Source: a virus
Lineage: Duplodnaviria; Heunggongvirae; Uroviricota; Caudoviricetes; Demerecviridae
Reading direction: 5' to 3' (one strand)
Length of the DNA stretch: 64,000 nt
IMG/VR virus record: IMGVR_UViG_3300016480_000208
A model generated the notes under the pieces. It was not told where the DNA came from. It did no database searches and saw nothing but the letters and a program-made list of their open reading frames with translations. The translations under genes and the position numbers were made by a program. Shown in pieces: positions 32,268 through 44,636 of the stretch (its first letter is position 1; the number at the start of each line of letters is the position of its first letter).

Positions 32268-34519
32268 CATAGGGTACAGCCTCCACCAGAACAAGATTCT
32301 TCTTTCATAGAAGAAGAAACAGAGCCAGTGTCAGTGTTGCAGTAGTACATGGTCTTCAAGCCATAATGACGTGCCATCTACCAAATACCCAGAAGAACCT
32401 TCATAGGAATCTTTTCGTCTGGGTAGTCAGAGTACCTGTGATACTCGTTGGTACTGATTGCTTGAGTCATCCAACGCTGGACTACCGCCATAGCCTTAAT
32501 ATACTCAAATTGATCAATATCATAGGCTACCTGATAGCTGGAAAGTGAGGTAAACTCTGTAGCTTTAGGGGCTACGGTCACGATAACGTTTCCACCAGAA
32601 CGTTTGGTAGTTACGATAGAGCGGATAGGTTCAACACCATTGGTTGCCCCCAGCAGTACTGAGGAGGACTCTCCAGGCATACAGGCTGTGAAAGTAGAGT
32701 TACGAACACCGTAGAGCTTCATCTCCCTTCGCAGAGCTTCCCAATCTAACTTAGTAGGGGTAGTTACTAGGGAATCTGAGTTTTTGTTAATCAAGTCAAC
32801 TGGTAGTATGCCGTCACTCATTTTAGTACGTTGATACAGGTCACAAGCCCCACGCTCTTTAGCCAGTCGGATAGAAGCCTTAACAATACTATAAAGCATT
32901 TGTTCGCCCTACTCATTGATAAGATCACGAGCTTCCTGCCCTTCATATGACAGACCGTTTTCTGCCAAATATCCCGCTAGGTTAATAAAGCCAATAGCTA
33001 TATTCCTACGCTGCTTAGCCAGCTACTTGATGGCAGGGAAGGGGATGTCCTGCAAATCAATAATAGTGTCAATGAATTTCACTAGGAGGTACATAGATTT
33101 ATCCCAGTCAGTGATTCTGCCGAGCACCGCGCCACCAAGGTTACACAGACTTACTTCCCCGTTTTTCGGGTCTGGATTAGCCTCATACAAGCCTAGAGGG
33201 CTGTTGAAGGGTTTGGTAGGCTGCACTATTTCCATACAGAGATTAGACTGACATACAGGGTCTTTGAAGAGTGACTAGGCATTAGTATTGTAAACATCCT
33301 GCCAATACATTCTACCACTCTCTAGACGACGTTGCATGTAGGTATGTACCAGTTCCGTTGCTGGGATATAGCCAGACTATTTAGCCTCACTGTAAAGTTT
33401 GCGGAATAGCTCCAAATTGTCACTATAGAAAGCTGCGTACATATCCTCATGTCCATACAAGGATACTAGTTTTACGTTTTCACCCTTAGCGTAAAGTTCG
33501 TGTAGGATTCTGTTGTCCTGTAGTGCGTAGTCTAGGAACTCAATACGCTTGTCTTCTGATACCCTTTGAGACTTTAGGTTCAACAAGTCAGCAATTTCTG
33601 GGTCAAAGAAGGGATAAAATACAGTAGCGGAGCCGCCCCGGGCTTGTTGAGTAAGGGACTTAGTAAGCCTATCTACAGCTCTGTAGAAGGGTAACTTTCC
33701 TGTGTGCTAGAAGCTACCATCACGAACAGGGTCTCCAACACTCCTAGTAGTACCAATCCAACCAATACCCGCTCTGGCAGCAGTCATCTTAAAGATAACA
33801 GAGTTTGCCACATCCAGACTGTCGATAGAGTCTCCGGCCTGAATTAGGCAGCAAGATGCGAATCCTCGGTCATGGGTTCTCAAGCCCAGCAGAGGAGGGG
33901 TAGGCACGTTTACTTTTTGTAGTGAAAACTCATCGTACAAGTCTAATAGCTCTTGGATGGTCCAGTCATTACGTCTGCCCGTAGCATCTACCCCAGTAGC
34001 CATACACATACCCATATACATGAATTGTGGGGTTTCTAGGATAGATTGGGTGTTAATGTCCTTTAGCAGATACTTGTCTGCACACTGCTTTAGTCCACCA
34101 TAAGTGAACAACTCGTCCCTTGAATGGTCAATATGGGCTGCAAAGGCGCACATCTCGTCTAGCGAATACATGGTTGAGAAGCGCTGCCATTTGTTAGTAT
34201 TCTCCATATGTTTCACGAAAGCTAACAAATTGGGCGGAGCATATCTACCGTGTACGGCCTTACGCAGCTGAGCTAAGTAGAGCTTTTTAGCAGGTACATC
34301 ATAAGAGTATTCTTCGCTGATTAGGGACTCTGCCGCGTTTATCAGGCTTTTTTGCAGTTGTTCTGAAGTACACTCTTCTGGCAAATTACCAATTGCGATC
34401 CCAGCAATTGCTGCCCAAGAGGCCTCTTCGCCCTAACAGGCCCACTCAGCCCATTGGTTTAACTTGATAGGGTCAAAGGCTTCTTTTGTTCCGTCTCTTT
34501 TTACGATTGTCTTGATCAT
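32268..34519 (-). CDS. nrdA: Ribonucleotide reductase large subunit (class Ia NrdA) with 6 or more in-frame TAG codons.
   Basis: ATP-cone start MIKTIVKRDG, active-site SNLCMEI and the C-terminal tail ...GLKTMYY...CSGGGC. Fragments 32378..32899, 33023..33235, 33377..33586 and 33707..34384 are all co-linear when TAG is translated. Confidence 0.8.
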
Positions 34520-35115
34520 TTAAGTATCCAACTGATTTGGGGTTGGTAAGGATATCCCACTTCCCAAACAAAAATAGCATAATTAACAGCCGAGGAAGCA
34601 CCGTCATCAATGTCGTCTTTAAGACACTTAATTCGATAGGAGAATATATCAACGTGCTTTAGCTGGCCTACAGTAGAGAAGAATTTGCCCCTGGCTTGGG
34701 AGGTTAAAAAGTCTAGGCGCAGTAGCATGATAACTTTTCCACCTTTGGTGTCCCTAAGCAAATGCAGTGCATGCTCTACGTATTTTTGTGCCTGCTTATA
34801 TGGAGGGTTTGTTATAATGGTTGTTACTGGCTCACCGTAGTACATAAAGGGTAGTTTTTCTGTATTAAAGAAGTCTACCACTTCTGTAGGGAAGCCTTTG
34901 CTGTTTATGTAGCCATAGTCGTAGATGTCCGAGGAGTAAACTGAGAAACCCTACTCTTCTAGTGGGATAGAAACTTTTCCTGTACCAACTGAAGGCTCCC
35001 AGAGTATCTCTCCAAGGTTTAGGTACTTTAAAGCATGTTGTACGAAATCTGGTGGAGAAGTGTAGAAGTCTAGTGCCTACACATCACTTCTACGGATAGT
35101 ATTAGCACTGGCCAT
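34516..35115 (-). CDS. N6-adenine DNA methyltransferase (Dam-like) with 2 in-frame TAG codons.
   Basis: Motif I EPSVGTGK and motif IV NPPY. Confidence 0.55.
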
Positions 35116-35302
35116 GGGTGCCTGCCTTGCGAATTTCAAATCCGTGTTTTACTAGCTCACTAGTGACTGCTTCTAGGGGTAGATGATACGCCACTGGGCC
35201 TATGTACTCTTCTGCTATTTCTCGGATTTCCTTAGCAGACACAAATTCTCCGTTTAGTGTATAATGAATCATGACTCTGGATCCTCTCAAATTTTAAGTA
35301 AA

Positions 35303-35335
35303 TAAAATCCCCCAACTGACGCTGGGGGATTTTTG
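35303..35335. terminator. Bidirectional-looking terminator hairpin (aaaatccccca...tgggggatttt).
   Basis: Perfect 11-bp inverted repeat flanked by A/T runs on both sides. Confidence 0.6.
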
Positions 35336-35337
35336 TA

Positions 35338-36135
35338 TTAATCCCAGAAATCAACAAAGAACTCTGCGGTCTCTGAGCGCACGGACTTAAGCAGTTCTAT
35401 TACAGCTACTGGCTTACGTTCGTATGTTTCAAGCTTTTCAAGCAGCTCTACTAGAGGAGAGTCACCAGGAAGGTCACACTGCTTCTAGTCGCCAGTAAGC
35501 ACTAGTTTACCAGAAGAACCTAGACGCTGAGTTAGACACTTTAGTGCCTCTCTAGACAGGTTCTGTGCTTCATCCGCTAAAACAACGGTAGGGATATGGC
35601 CACCAAGAGTTCTACCTCGCATGTGCTCTACAGCCAGAACTTCAATAGCCTCTGTTTCTACTAGTTCCTTTAGTTTGTTAGGATTTACGTAATAACTAAA
35701 ACCATCAAAGTATGGTGCTATCCAGGGTTTCATCTTCTCGTAAAGAGAGCCTGGCAGAGACCCAAGACTAGGGCCAAGTGGTACGTTAGGACGAATTAAG
35801 ATGATTTTTCCGATCTTACCTTCTAGGAGCTGTTGGATGTAGTACGCAGATGGGAGGAAAGTTTTCCCTGTACCCGCTGGGCCAATACCTACAACCACTG
35901 AAAAGTTTTTCAGGGTATTTAAATACTTACGTTGCTCGTCATTCTTGGGAGTAAGTTCGCGGGGCGCTCTTACGTCCTGCTTCTTGCTACCATAGCTGGC
36001 AGGGAAAGAAGTGACGTTGTTATGGCTGCTATGGGCTGGGCCTGCCTACTCGTCTGTATTCAGAGCTCCTTGGCGTGCAAGACGACGAAGCTCTTTACGA
36101 GAAAGACGTTGTGGTTCCGCAGCTGGTTTTGTCAT
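35338..36135 (-). CDS. phoH: PhoH-like ATPase with 2 in-frame TAG codons.
   Basis: Walker A GPAGTGKTF and PhoH-like VLADEAQN. The listed fragment 35485..35898 plus TAG-separated flanks are co-linear. Confidence 0.55.
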
Positions 36136-36229
36136 ACGATGTATCTCCGAGGCAAAGGTGGATTAGAAGTTAGTTTTCTCTCTCACCTATATAGTATAGC
36201 AAAAATGAAGGTATGCTGCAACTATTATT

Positions 36230-37400
36230 TTAAATCCGGTAGGGCATCTACTAGTTGCTCTATGGAATCAAAATACTTCATAGGGAATCTCTTATCCCTA
36301 TACACTTTAGCTCTAGTTTCCTAGTGCCGGTATCCAGTTCCACCAGATAAAGCTAGGTCTATAGCAATAGGTGTGCGCTTACCGCTCATAAGTCTTTGTA
36401 TGCGTCCAATTAGCTGGGCTATTAATGACTAGTTATCACTACTAGAAGTGAGTATTAGACAAGACAGTATACTTAGTGATAGACCTTCCGAGAATATAGA
36501 AGTAGTGGATACTACGCCCTAGTACTTACCTTCTTGTACTTGTTCCAATATGGTAGCCCTGTTTTTCTCCTCGGATATAATCAATGCCCACTTCTTTCCA
36601 GTTACCTCTTCTAGCACACTGGCAAGTGTTCTGGAGAAATCCACACGGTCTGAGGTGATAAGTGGTATGTGGCCACTAAAATGGGCCTAAGCCTACAGGC
36701 AAACTATCTCCTTTAGATAAACATCCTGGCTATATAGGTCTGTAACCTAGTTGGCCCAACCACCCGGCTGTGCTGTTAGGTTAAACTTCTACTTGGAGTA
36801 GGTTCTGAGAACTATAGGAATCATCACGTTCTCTTCCTTCGGAATTACAACGTTCTTGCTGAACCACCCGGGGAATAAAACGTGCTTACCGTCTTTACGG
36901 ATTAAGGTACCACTAAGGCCTAACTTAATACCGGCAAAACTATGCACTAGTACTTTTTCAAAGGTAGATGCTGGGCAATGGTGCACTTCATCCATAATTA
37001 GTAACCCAAATTCCCTACATAAGGATTGGGCATGCTTTTGTACGGTTTGTATGTTACCAATTACTATAGGAGTGGAGATATCTACCTGGCCACCGCCGAT
37101 TATAGCTGGTGTAAAGCCAAAATGTTTTCTAACCTCTTGCACCCACATGTCTCGAATATCAGTAGTCGTGGTGACTACCAGCGTCTTTAATTGCAATTTG
37201 TGGGCTATAGCTAGCTAAGTAATAGTTTTACCAAACCCAGGTATTGCGTTAATAATCCCGTTTAGCTAAAATCCACCTATCTTAGGGTAACTAAGGAACT
37301 ACCCCATAGCCATACTCTGAGACTCCCTCAATACAAATAGGGGGTCTGGGATTTTCTACGAAACCTTAGAAGTTCTATCTACAAACTCAAACTGACAACC
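36230..37400 (-). CDS. SF2 helicase (DExH) with in-frame TAG codons; boundaries approximate and it may extend toward 37915.
   Basis: Walker A IPGFGKT just upstream of fragment 36789..37196, which carries DEVHH and SGT motifs. Several TAG-only interruptions. Confidence 0.4.
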
Positions 37401-38146
37401 CTAACCTGTTACTCGTTTGCACATGCCAATTATGGTATCTATGTGCCCAGAAGGGAAGGAGTATGCCTGTTTTGAGGTAGAGATAGTCTTAATCTGTAGC
37501 TAGATTGGCTGAAACTTCTGATTAGGGCTCTGCTTGGGCAGTATAAACGTAAGAAGCTCTACCTACTGCTGATGCTCTTCAGGCGTAAGCCGCATATATA
37601 CTTGGTCTGATATAACCACCTTTCGTGGCTAACTTAAAGCTTCTTTCTACGTGAACAATTCTACGTGTCTCCAAAATCTAAAGGCATATAACACATTGCC
37701 CCTAGCTTAACTAGGTAAACATATAAGTAGCCCCTAGAAGCAACTACACGCTCCAGGCCTCCTTCTGGGAGTTTGTACCACATTTCTACCTTACTATCCT
37801 CTAGCTGGTTTGCCTTTATAATTTTAGCCGGCACTACGTCATAGTAGGTACTTTTTACCCACTTAAATACTCTGCCTTGGTTATTTATAAAGTTTAGTGT
37901 TCCACTATTCGCCAACTCCTACAAAGTATTGCATATCTTGTGCAATGGGTACAGCCTATATGATGTCTTGTTGTTTACCTACAACCAGAGACGCCTTTCG
38001 GTATAGGTCTAACCGGGGGCGTTCTAGTCGTCTAGTAAGTATTTCTCCATAGCTGAGGTTATGTACGTTTTTGGCCCATCCTTTTCTATGCTTACATACT
38101 ACCTTAAAGGAAATAGGGGCAAATTTGCCCCTATAAAGTTCTTCAA

Positions 38147-40587
38147 GCTCATAGTGCAGCTACGGTTGGGTACTGTTTCTGCAACTTACCACAAGAGTAG
38201 TCGAAGGAACCACCGTCCTCGGAGTCAGAATCAACGCCCATAGGCGCCCCTGGGATCATTAGTCCACGGTCTTTCTGTATATTACGTACAACAAGCTCCA
38301 AGTATTCTTCTACGCAGGACTCATGAACTTCTGCTACTACTGAGTCATGTACCATACAAAGGATTTGAGCATCCAGCTTACGGGCAGTAATCTCTGCTTC
38401 TGCGTCAATAGCCCCCAGCAGCAGGATATCAGAAGATGCCCCTTGGATGATAGCGTTAAACCCAGAACGCAGCTCTTCGCCGATAACACCACGGTCACTA
38501 GAGGTGATGTTACGCAGACGGCGCTTACGACCAAAGTGGCTATAAATGAAGCCGTGGTTCAGAATCTGGTTGTGGCATTCGGTGATCCACTGCTTCAAAC
38601 GAGGGAATCGCTTGAAGTACACAGCGATGTATTCTTCTGCCTTTTCCTTGGTGCAAGGAACGTATGGCTCACCTGTTTTTAGGCTCTGCTCAAGTAGCGC
38701 TTCGTTAACCGCTTGAGCTACTTTTGCTGGGCCAGAACCATACAAGATACCAAAGGTAATCGCTTTAGCTGCTTGACGCAAGGCTGGGAATAGCTTTTTA
38801 ACCTCTTGAGGCTCGCAAGACAGCCCGAATACCATGTGTGCAATGTTACTGTGGAAGTCAGGATACTTAGCAGGGTCTCTAGTCATATTGATAAAGACTT
38901 GTTGCAGGCCTTTATCACCAGACAGGGCTGCTGCTACCCAAACTTCCGCAGTGGTCATATCCACCGCCACAATCCTGTAACCCTTTCTGGCTTTGATACA
39001 CCCTTTTACTAGTGCATCATCACGAGGAAGCTGTTGCAGGTTTAGGGTACCACTGGAGGACAGACGACCAGAGGTTGTGGTGTGCAAGTGGAAGCCAGTA
39101 CGTAGACGACCATCGAGGTCTACGTGATCCAGTGCTTTCTCGATGTAGGTGTTTAGCAGCTTAGAGAACTTACGGTACTCTAGGATTGCTTTAGCAATAC
39201 TGGAATCTTGGTCTGATGCCAGTTTTTCTAGAGCTTCCGCGTTGGTAGAATCCTGCTTGGTATCAGTCATGATACCTGTAGGTGTCAACCCTTCGTAATC
39301 AAACAGCAGTGTGCGCAGTTGAACAGGAGAGGCTGGGTTAAACGCGGAACCTTTATCAAGTTCGTACCTGTTTACGCTGTCGAACTGGTAGATTCGTTCT
39401 TGTGCTTCACGAATTTTTTCTGATACTACGGCACTTGCTTCTTTAAGCCGAGAAACGCTGAAAGGTACACCACGAGACTCGATACGCTGCAAGAAGCGGT
39501 TGCCCGGAATCAAGATGTTGGTGTAAAGAGAGTTCAGTTGTGGATTTTTACGAATAAGCGGCAAAAACTTATTGTGCAGACGCAGGGTAGCGTCAGGGTC
39601 TTTTGCTGCGTATACCTTAAGGATGTCCCAAGGGATAAGGTCGTAAGTGAAATCCTCTTTCTTGACATTATGCAGGGTGCAGTATGACTTCTTAAATTCT
39701 TCCAGCTCTAAGTCGTAGTCACCCAAGTCAGTGTAGTCGATGGCCAAAGACTTCAAACCATGCGTACCTGTACGTTCATCAAGTGTATAATGCTGTAACA
39801 TGGTATCGTGCATACGGTTTTCATCATATGCCTTGTTAAAGTCGATACCAAAATGGTACTCAAACCAATGTTGGTCAAACTTCAAGTTATGGAATACAAT
39901 GTCCGCCGGAGAATCAAAGATTTGTTGCACCATACCAATCAGTTTAGTATCAAACAAATCAGCGTGGATATACCTCCCATAACCAGGGGTGTCACAGAAG
40001 CACAAACCTAGTGGGTAGCCTTTACGGGCGTACAAAGCTGTGGTTTCCGAGTCCATACCAACCGCAGAACTTTTACCAGATAGGACGTTTTGCACAACTT
40101 GACTAAGGTAGCTTTCCGCTTCTTTGTAGTCCGTGATACCTTCCCAGCTGCCTTCTGCTTTTGCTTGCCCAGAAACCAACAACTGACGAATCTTGGAAAT
40201 TGTTTTTTCCATTACCGGCTTGTTCTCTGGCCGGAAAGAGAGCACAGCCGGAGAAATAGACGCAATAAACCTTGCATTAGCCCAGGCATCTTTGGGAGGG
40301 GCCATAAGCCCAGTGTAATCTGTTACTGAGGTAACTCTACTATACTCTTTCAAAGCCTCAGAACCTACTAGAATAGTGAAATCGTACTCCATAGGGTTAA
40401 ACTGAATGTCGATGTTCTTCTTGGTCGGCTTCTTGATAGAAGGGTCAGAACATAGATGGTAAACATCTACTGGGATAGTCCCATTGAAGTAAATGTTAGA
40501 ATAGTTCTGTCGGTTAGGGCTTTTATCTACTACGGCAATTTTAGGTACTTTGGTCATATACTCAGGTCTCCTTAAACCTCTGTCCAA
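38147..40587 (-). CDS. pol: Family A DNA polymerase with 3'-5' exonuclease domain (T5-type).
   Basis: 812-aa ORF with a PolA palm (RRxxKxxNFGxxYG-like RQAAKAITFGILYG) and an N-terminal exonuclease. No in-frame TAG; ends TGA. Confidence 0.85.
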
Positions 40588-40589
40588 TC

Positions 40590-41435
40590 AATCTCATCAA
40601 TAAACTTCTTCAAGTAGTCTACCTCGGGCTTACTAAGTCCTCCAGGGTCTCCACCTTGTGGTAGTATATGGTTCTATACATATACTCTGAAGTGCTTAGA
40701 TAGCACTTTTGACAAGTTCTGAGCAGCAGCATTACCTGCGTCGTCATTATCCATCAATATCACTACTTTTTTCGTATCTGCGGCCACTAAGGGTAGGCAC
40801 TTTTGGTCAACTGTTCTGTGGGTAACAGTTGAGGCACCAAATACCTAAGTCACGTTAGATACCCCTTTGTCCCTAAGGTTGGCAACATCAAATATGCCCT
40901 CCACTAGAATAGTTACCCCATTACTCTGCACAGCAGGATAGAAGGGTATTTTTGCACCATCTGGATAGGCCAAATACTTTGGCTTTAAGTCGCTATACAT
41001 AGAACGCTAGATCACCGCACATAGGTTCCCCGTTACTAAGTCTGTAATCGGGAAACACAGTCGCCCCTCCCAGTTAGAATGAGTGAACGCCTCTAGTTTC
41101 TTGTAGGTATCCTACGATATGTCTCTGTAGGTCTACGCAAAAGGCTCAATAGACGGCGGCAAGGTTATGCCCACTGAGAAAATGTTAAGCTCCTGTAATT
41201 TTCTCTTGAATTGTCGTATCTTTGGGGAAACTTTTGGTAGTTCCACACCCAAGTACTCATGAATCGACTTACCTTTGAAGCCACACGCATAGCAGTGATA
41301 TACCCCTAGTTCTTTGTCAATGTACATTGATGGTGAAGAGTCTTCGTGTTCTGGATTTAAGCACAGCACCAGATAGTCCTTACCTTTTTCCTTAAAAGGG
41401 ATGCCGCGCTATTCTAATAGCTCTTTTACAATCAT
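40590..41435 (-). CDS. DnaG-like primase (zinc-binding plus TOPRIM) with in-frame TAG codons.
   Basis: MIVKELLE*RGIPF...CYACGFKG zinc ribbon. The listed ORF 41133..41369 ends on TAG and the frame continues. Confidence 0.5.
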
Positions 41436-41507
41436 ATTACCTCACTTTCCAATATTATACACCTAAAAAGACCAGCGATCAAGATTTATAACAAAAAAGG
41501 AGATGAT

Positions 41508-42867
41508 TTTACTCATCTCCTTGTTCTTCTTGTGGCACTTTGACTATGCTTTGTGGGATAATTTTCATGTAGTCCCACGACATATGGGTCACGAAGTTGA
41601 TACCTGCTGGGAGGTTACGCAACTTAGCTACTGTAAGTGTCAGAACTGAGCCAGATTTATTAATGGTGAACTACATATCCACCTAATCTAACAAACCTTT
41701 CTACATACGAGTGGCCCCGTTTTCATCTACTTGATACGGTGAAATAACTAGAACTTTTTGCTTCCTGGCTATTGTGTTCTTAAGCATAGTTGCTAACTGT
41801 GTTTGAACCTTCCAATCCAGCCTATCAAGAGTTTTTACGCCCTCAAGTATAAGCTGGTTTACATAGTCAACAATTACCGTGGTTACTAGCCCCGGGTATT
41901 TTGCCTTTAATGTCGTTAGTACTAGATCAATGGTGGAGATTTTTAGATTCCTATCATCAATTACTACTATCGGTAAAATCTGTTTTAGGTGTTGCTTGAA
42001 ATACGTTTCGTGGCTTTGGAATAGGTCCCTCGTAGGAGGCTCTTCTAGTGCTTTTAGTTGATCCATTAAGTAATCAAAACCACCTTCGTACTGTGCGGCT
42101 TGAGAAAGCTACAACTGTACTTGTTCAAAGTGATTCATAGTACCATTACGTAACGCGGAGAATCTAACACCACTAGCTGTCTACCAAAATCTCTGGTATG
42201 TTTCCTCGGCGGTCATTTCGATAGTGCAGTACGGGGCTATTTTACCAACCATCCAGTGGTGGGCACAGATGTTAATACAAAGTGCTGATTTACCAACTCC
42301 TCGGTATCCACCTAGAAGAATAAGCTCTTCTTCTTTTCCTCCCAGAAACTCCATATCCCAGCGCTCGGATAACCCAAGGGTTGAGAACTAGGTTTGGGTT
42401 TCTTCCTCCGCACGAAACATTGAAATTTCGTTACCGTAGAATACTTTGTCAGAACTGTCTATCTCCTCTTCCACTAGCATCTAGATGGCCTAGAGTTCCT
42501 CTACTATCTCCTGTGGCCCTAACAAGGGTAAGTTGTCTGCAAACTTGTCTAACTTCTCGATAGCGATATGCTGGATGTGCTCGGCTTCTAGTTGCTCCAA
42601 CTATAGGGAGATTGGTACGTCCGGTAGCTCCACCTTTTCAAGTGCTAGTACCTAATGTAGGACGGAAGAGTTTCTGGAATTAAACAACTTTAACTCTTCA
42701 AAAGAGGGGACTCTGGCATGTGCTTCGTAGAAGTTATTTACTGATCGATATACGCTGGAGAATAGGCCCGAGAAGTACTACGATTTCAGCTTTTCCATCT
42801 AAGCTAGCTTTTGCTCCTGACTATCAGACTATAGCAAAAGCCCTAGAGTTGTGCTTTGTAGTGACAT
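41508..42867 (-). CDS. DnaB-family replicative helicase with ~11 in-frame TAG codons.
   Basis: Walker A GGYRGVGKSAL. The listed 41701..42066 fragment ends on TAG, and reading through reaches TAA at 41508. Confidence 0.5.
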
Positions 42868-42886
42868 CTAAGCTCCTTGAGTAATA

Positions 42887-42920
42887 AAACAAAACAAAAA
42901 AGGAGGCACTTAGGCCTCCT
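42887..42920 (-). terminator. Rho-independent terminator after gene 42947..43722.
   Basis: aggaggc actta gcctcct plus a T-run (minus strand). Confidence 0.7.
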
Positions 42921-42946
42921 TCTTTATAGCTCTGAAGCCAGAACTT

Positions 42947-43722
42947 TATTACTCAGCAGCTTCTTTAGCCTTCTTGGCGTCAGCAGCAGCCTTTTTAGCT
43001 GCTCCATCATAGTCAACAGCGCTCAGGCCACGACGGGTCAACATGGACTTGACAGAACGCTCGCCCTTGCCGGTTGCTTCGACCAGCTGTGCAACGGTCA
43101 TTTCAGCAACGTCCAGACCTTCGAACTAATCGGCAGAGGCCTTACGTGCGCTGGCTTCTTGCTTCGGAATAGCAGCGATGCGGCCTTCGCGATGCAGGGA
43201 CAGAGCCTTACCACGAATCTGCGGCAGGGTACGACCCAGGGCAGCAGCAACTGCGTCGATAGAAGCGCCTTCATTGGCCATCTCTACGAACACTGCTTCT
43301 TCTTCTTCGGTATAAGTACGAACTACTTCCTTCTTCGGGGTAGCCTTAACCAGAGAGGTTAGTTCCTCAGACAGAACCTTACCTTGTACGGTACGAGCAT
43401 TAACTTCGAAGGACAGTTGACCAGCCAGTTCAGCATAGGTAAACACACCAGGATTTGCGTTCAGAACGCTATGCAGTTCAGCAGTCTGCTCTGGAGACCA
43501 AGCGGTCTTTTGGGCTGACAGAGACTCTACAGTATAACCAGCCTTACGCAGCTTAGCTGCTACAGAGCGAGAAGTAGTGTCCAGCTTTTCGGCCAGGTCA
43601 ACAACAACTTCTTTGCTTACGCTTGCCATACCGTCAACAGTGCTGAACAGGGTATTGGTCATTTCTTCGTTCCACTTCTTAGCCATTTGTATTTCTCTCC
43701 ACAAGCTCTTTAATAGAGCCAA
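42947..43722 (-). CDS. Hypothetical Ala/Lys-rich protein; the annotated ORF end at 43126 is a TAG and the frame continues to TAA at 42947.
   Basis: 'cta' at 43126-28 followed by 59 more sense codons (...KKAAADAKKAKEAAE) and then a hairpin terminator. Confidence 0.45.
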
Positions 43723-44458
43723 TAGTTATTCCTAGTCCTACAGCTTTCTTATAGGAGCTGGATGTTGTTTTCGATTCATCTTCGCATACGAGGAAGTTAG
43801 TTGCCTTAGTTACTGTGTCTTTTACAGTGTAACCTAAAGAGGTTAAATAGGTTTTCGCTTCGTCGCGGTTTTTAAAGTCATTCAAAGAACCAGTAATTAC
43901 TATGACTAAGCCGTTAGTAAGAGGTGTTACATTGGTTGGGGCTTTAGTACTAGGAACTACTCGGTCTTCTAGGTCAAACACCCAAGGGTTTTCAATAGAG
44001 AACTCTTGAAGTAAACCGGTCAACCTAGGGGTTACTACGTCCTTCATTGTGAAGGCTTGTTCCAAAGAACTGGCTTGTGCTGCTAAAGTTTTTGAAGCAG
44101 TAGCACCAAAGCCAGTAATGGCTAAGCCTTCTAGGAACTTGTCCATTGGAATCTTGGTCGTCTTGTCTACCAACTCTTTGTGTAGCTTATTAGCCATGAG
44201 GTCTGAAAAACCCGCATTTATAAAGTCTTCGACAGTTAGACCAAGAAATTCAGGTATCGTTAATACCGAAATTTTTTCCAATGTTGCTGGGCCAAATCCT
44301 TTTATTGATAGGGCTTTGCAAAACTTTTCTAGTCGCTTGCCGGTCTGGGCAGCACAACCAGATTTATTCGGGCATTTCAGCGTAACCGCAATTGGTGACA
44401 CTACCCGTTCCAACAGTGTTCCACAGCTTGGACACTGTGTTGGTGGAATAATCTTCAT
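43679..44458 (-). CDS. ligB: NAD-dependent DNA ligase, C-terminal part (Zn finger, HhH, BRCT); ligB-like.
   Basis: CPSCGTLLER zinc finger and BRCT-like C-terminus. Confidence 0.6.
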   Translation of the reverse strand: MKIIPPTQCPSCGTLLERVVSPIAVTLKCPNKSGCAAQTGKRLEKFCKALSIKGFGPATLEKISVLTIPEFLGLTVEDFINAGFSDLMANKLHKELVDKTTKIPMDKFLEGLAITGFGATASKTLAAQASSLEQAFTMKDVVTPRLTGLLQEFSIENPWVFDLEDRVVPSTKAPTNVTPLTNGLVIVITGSLNDFKNRDEAKTYLTSLGYTVKDTVTKATNFLVCEDESKTTSSSYKKAVGLGITIGSIKELVERNTNG

Positions 44459-44636
44459 TGAAGCTCCTTCACACTTTGTACATACAGTATATCAAGTTTT
44501 GGGGAAGTGAGCAATAACTATTTCATATTAAGGAGAACCCAATCCTCTAGGGCGGTGCTCTCCAAAGCAGATAAACAGTATAGCCCTAAAGAACATCCAC
44601 GTCAACCGCAGTTTAAAATGCTAACGGCAGTATTGG

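Noticed and set aside
30950-34519. Alternative explanations for TAG interruptions: pseudogenes, programmed frameshifts, selenocysteine/pyrrolysine-like elements, sequencing error
   Set aside because: Only TAG (never TAA/TGA) interrupts dozens of otherwise intact essential genes, always in frame; a dedicated CUA tRNA is present; no pylT/pylS-like genes or SECIS/PYLIS-type elements were seen.
42877-43362. 161-aa plus-strand ORF
   Set aside because: Overlaps the minus-strand gene 42947..43722 and its terminator; no RBS; antisense artefact.
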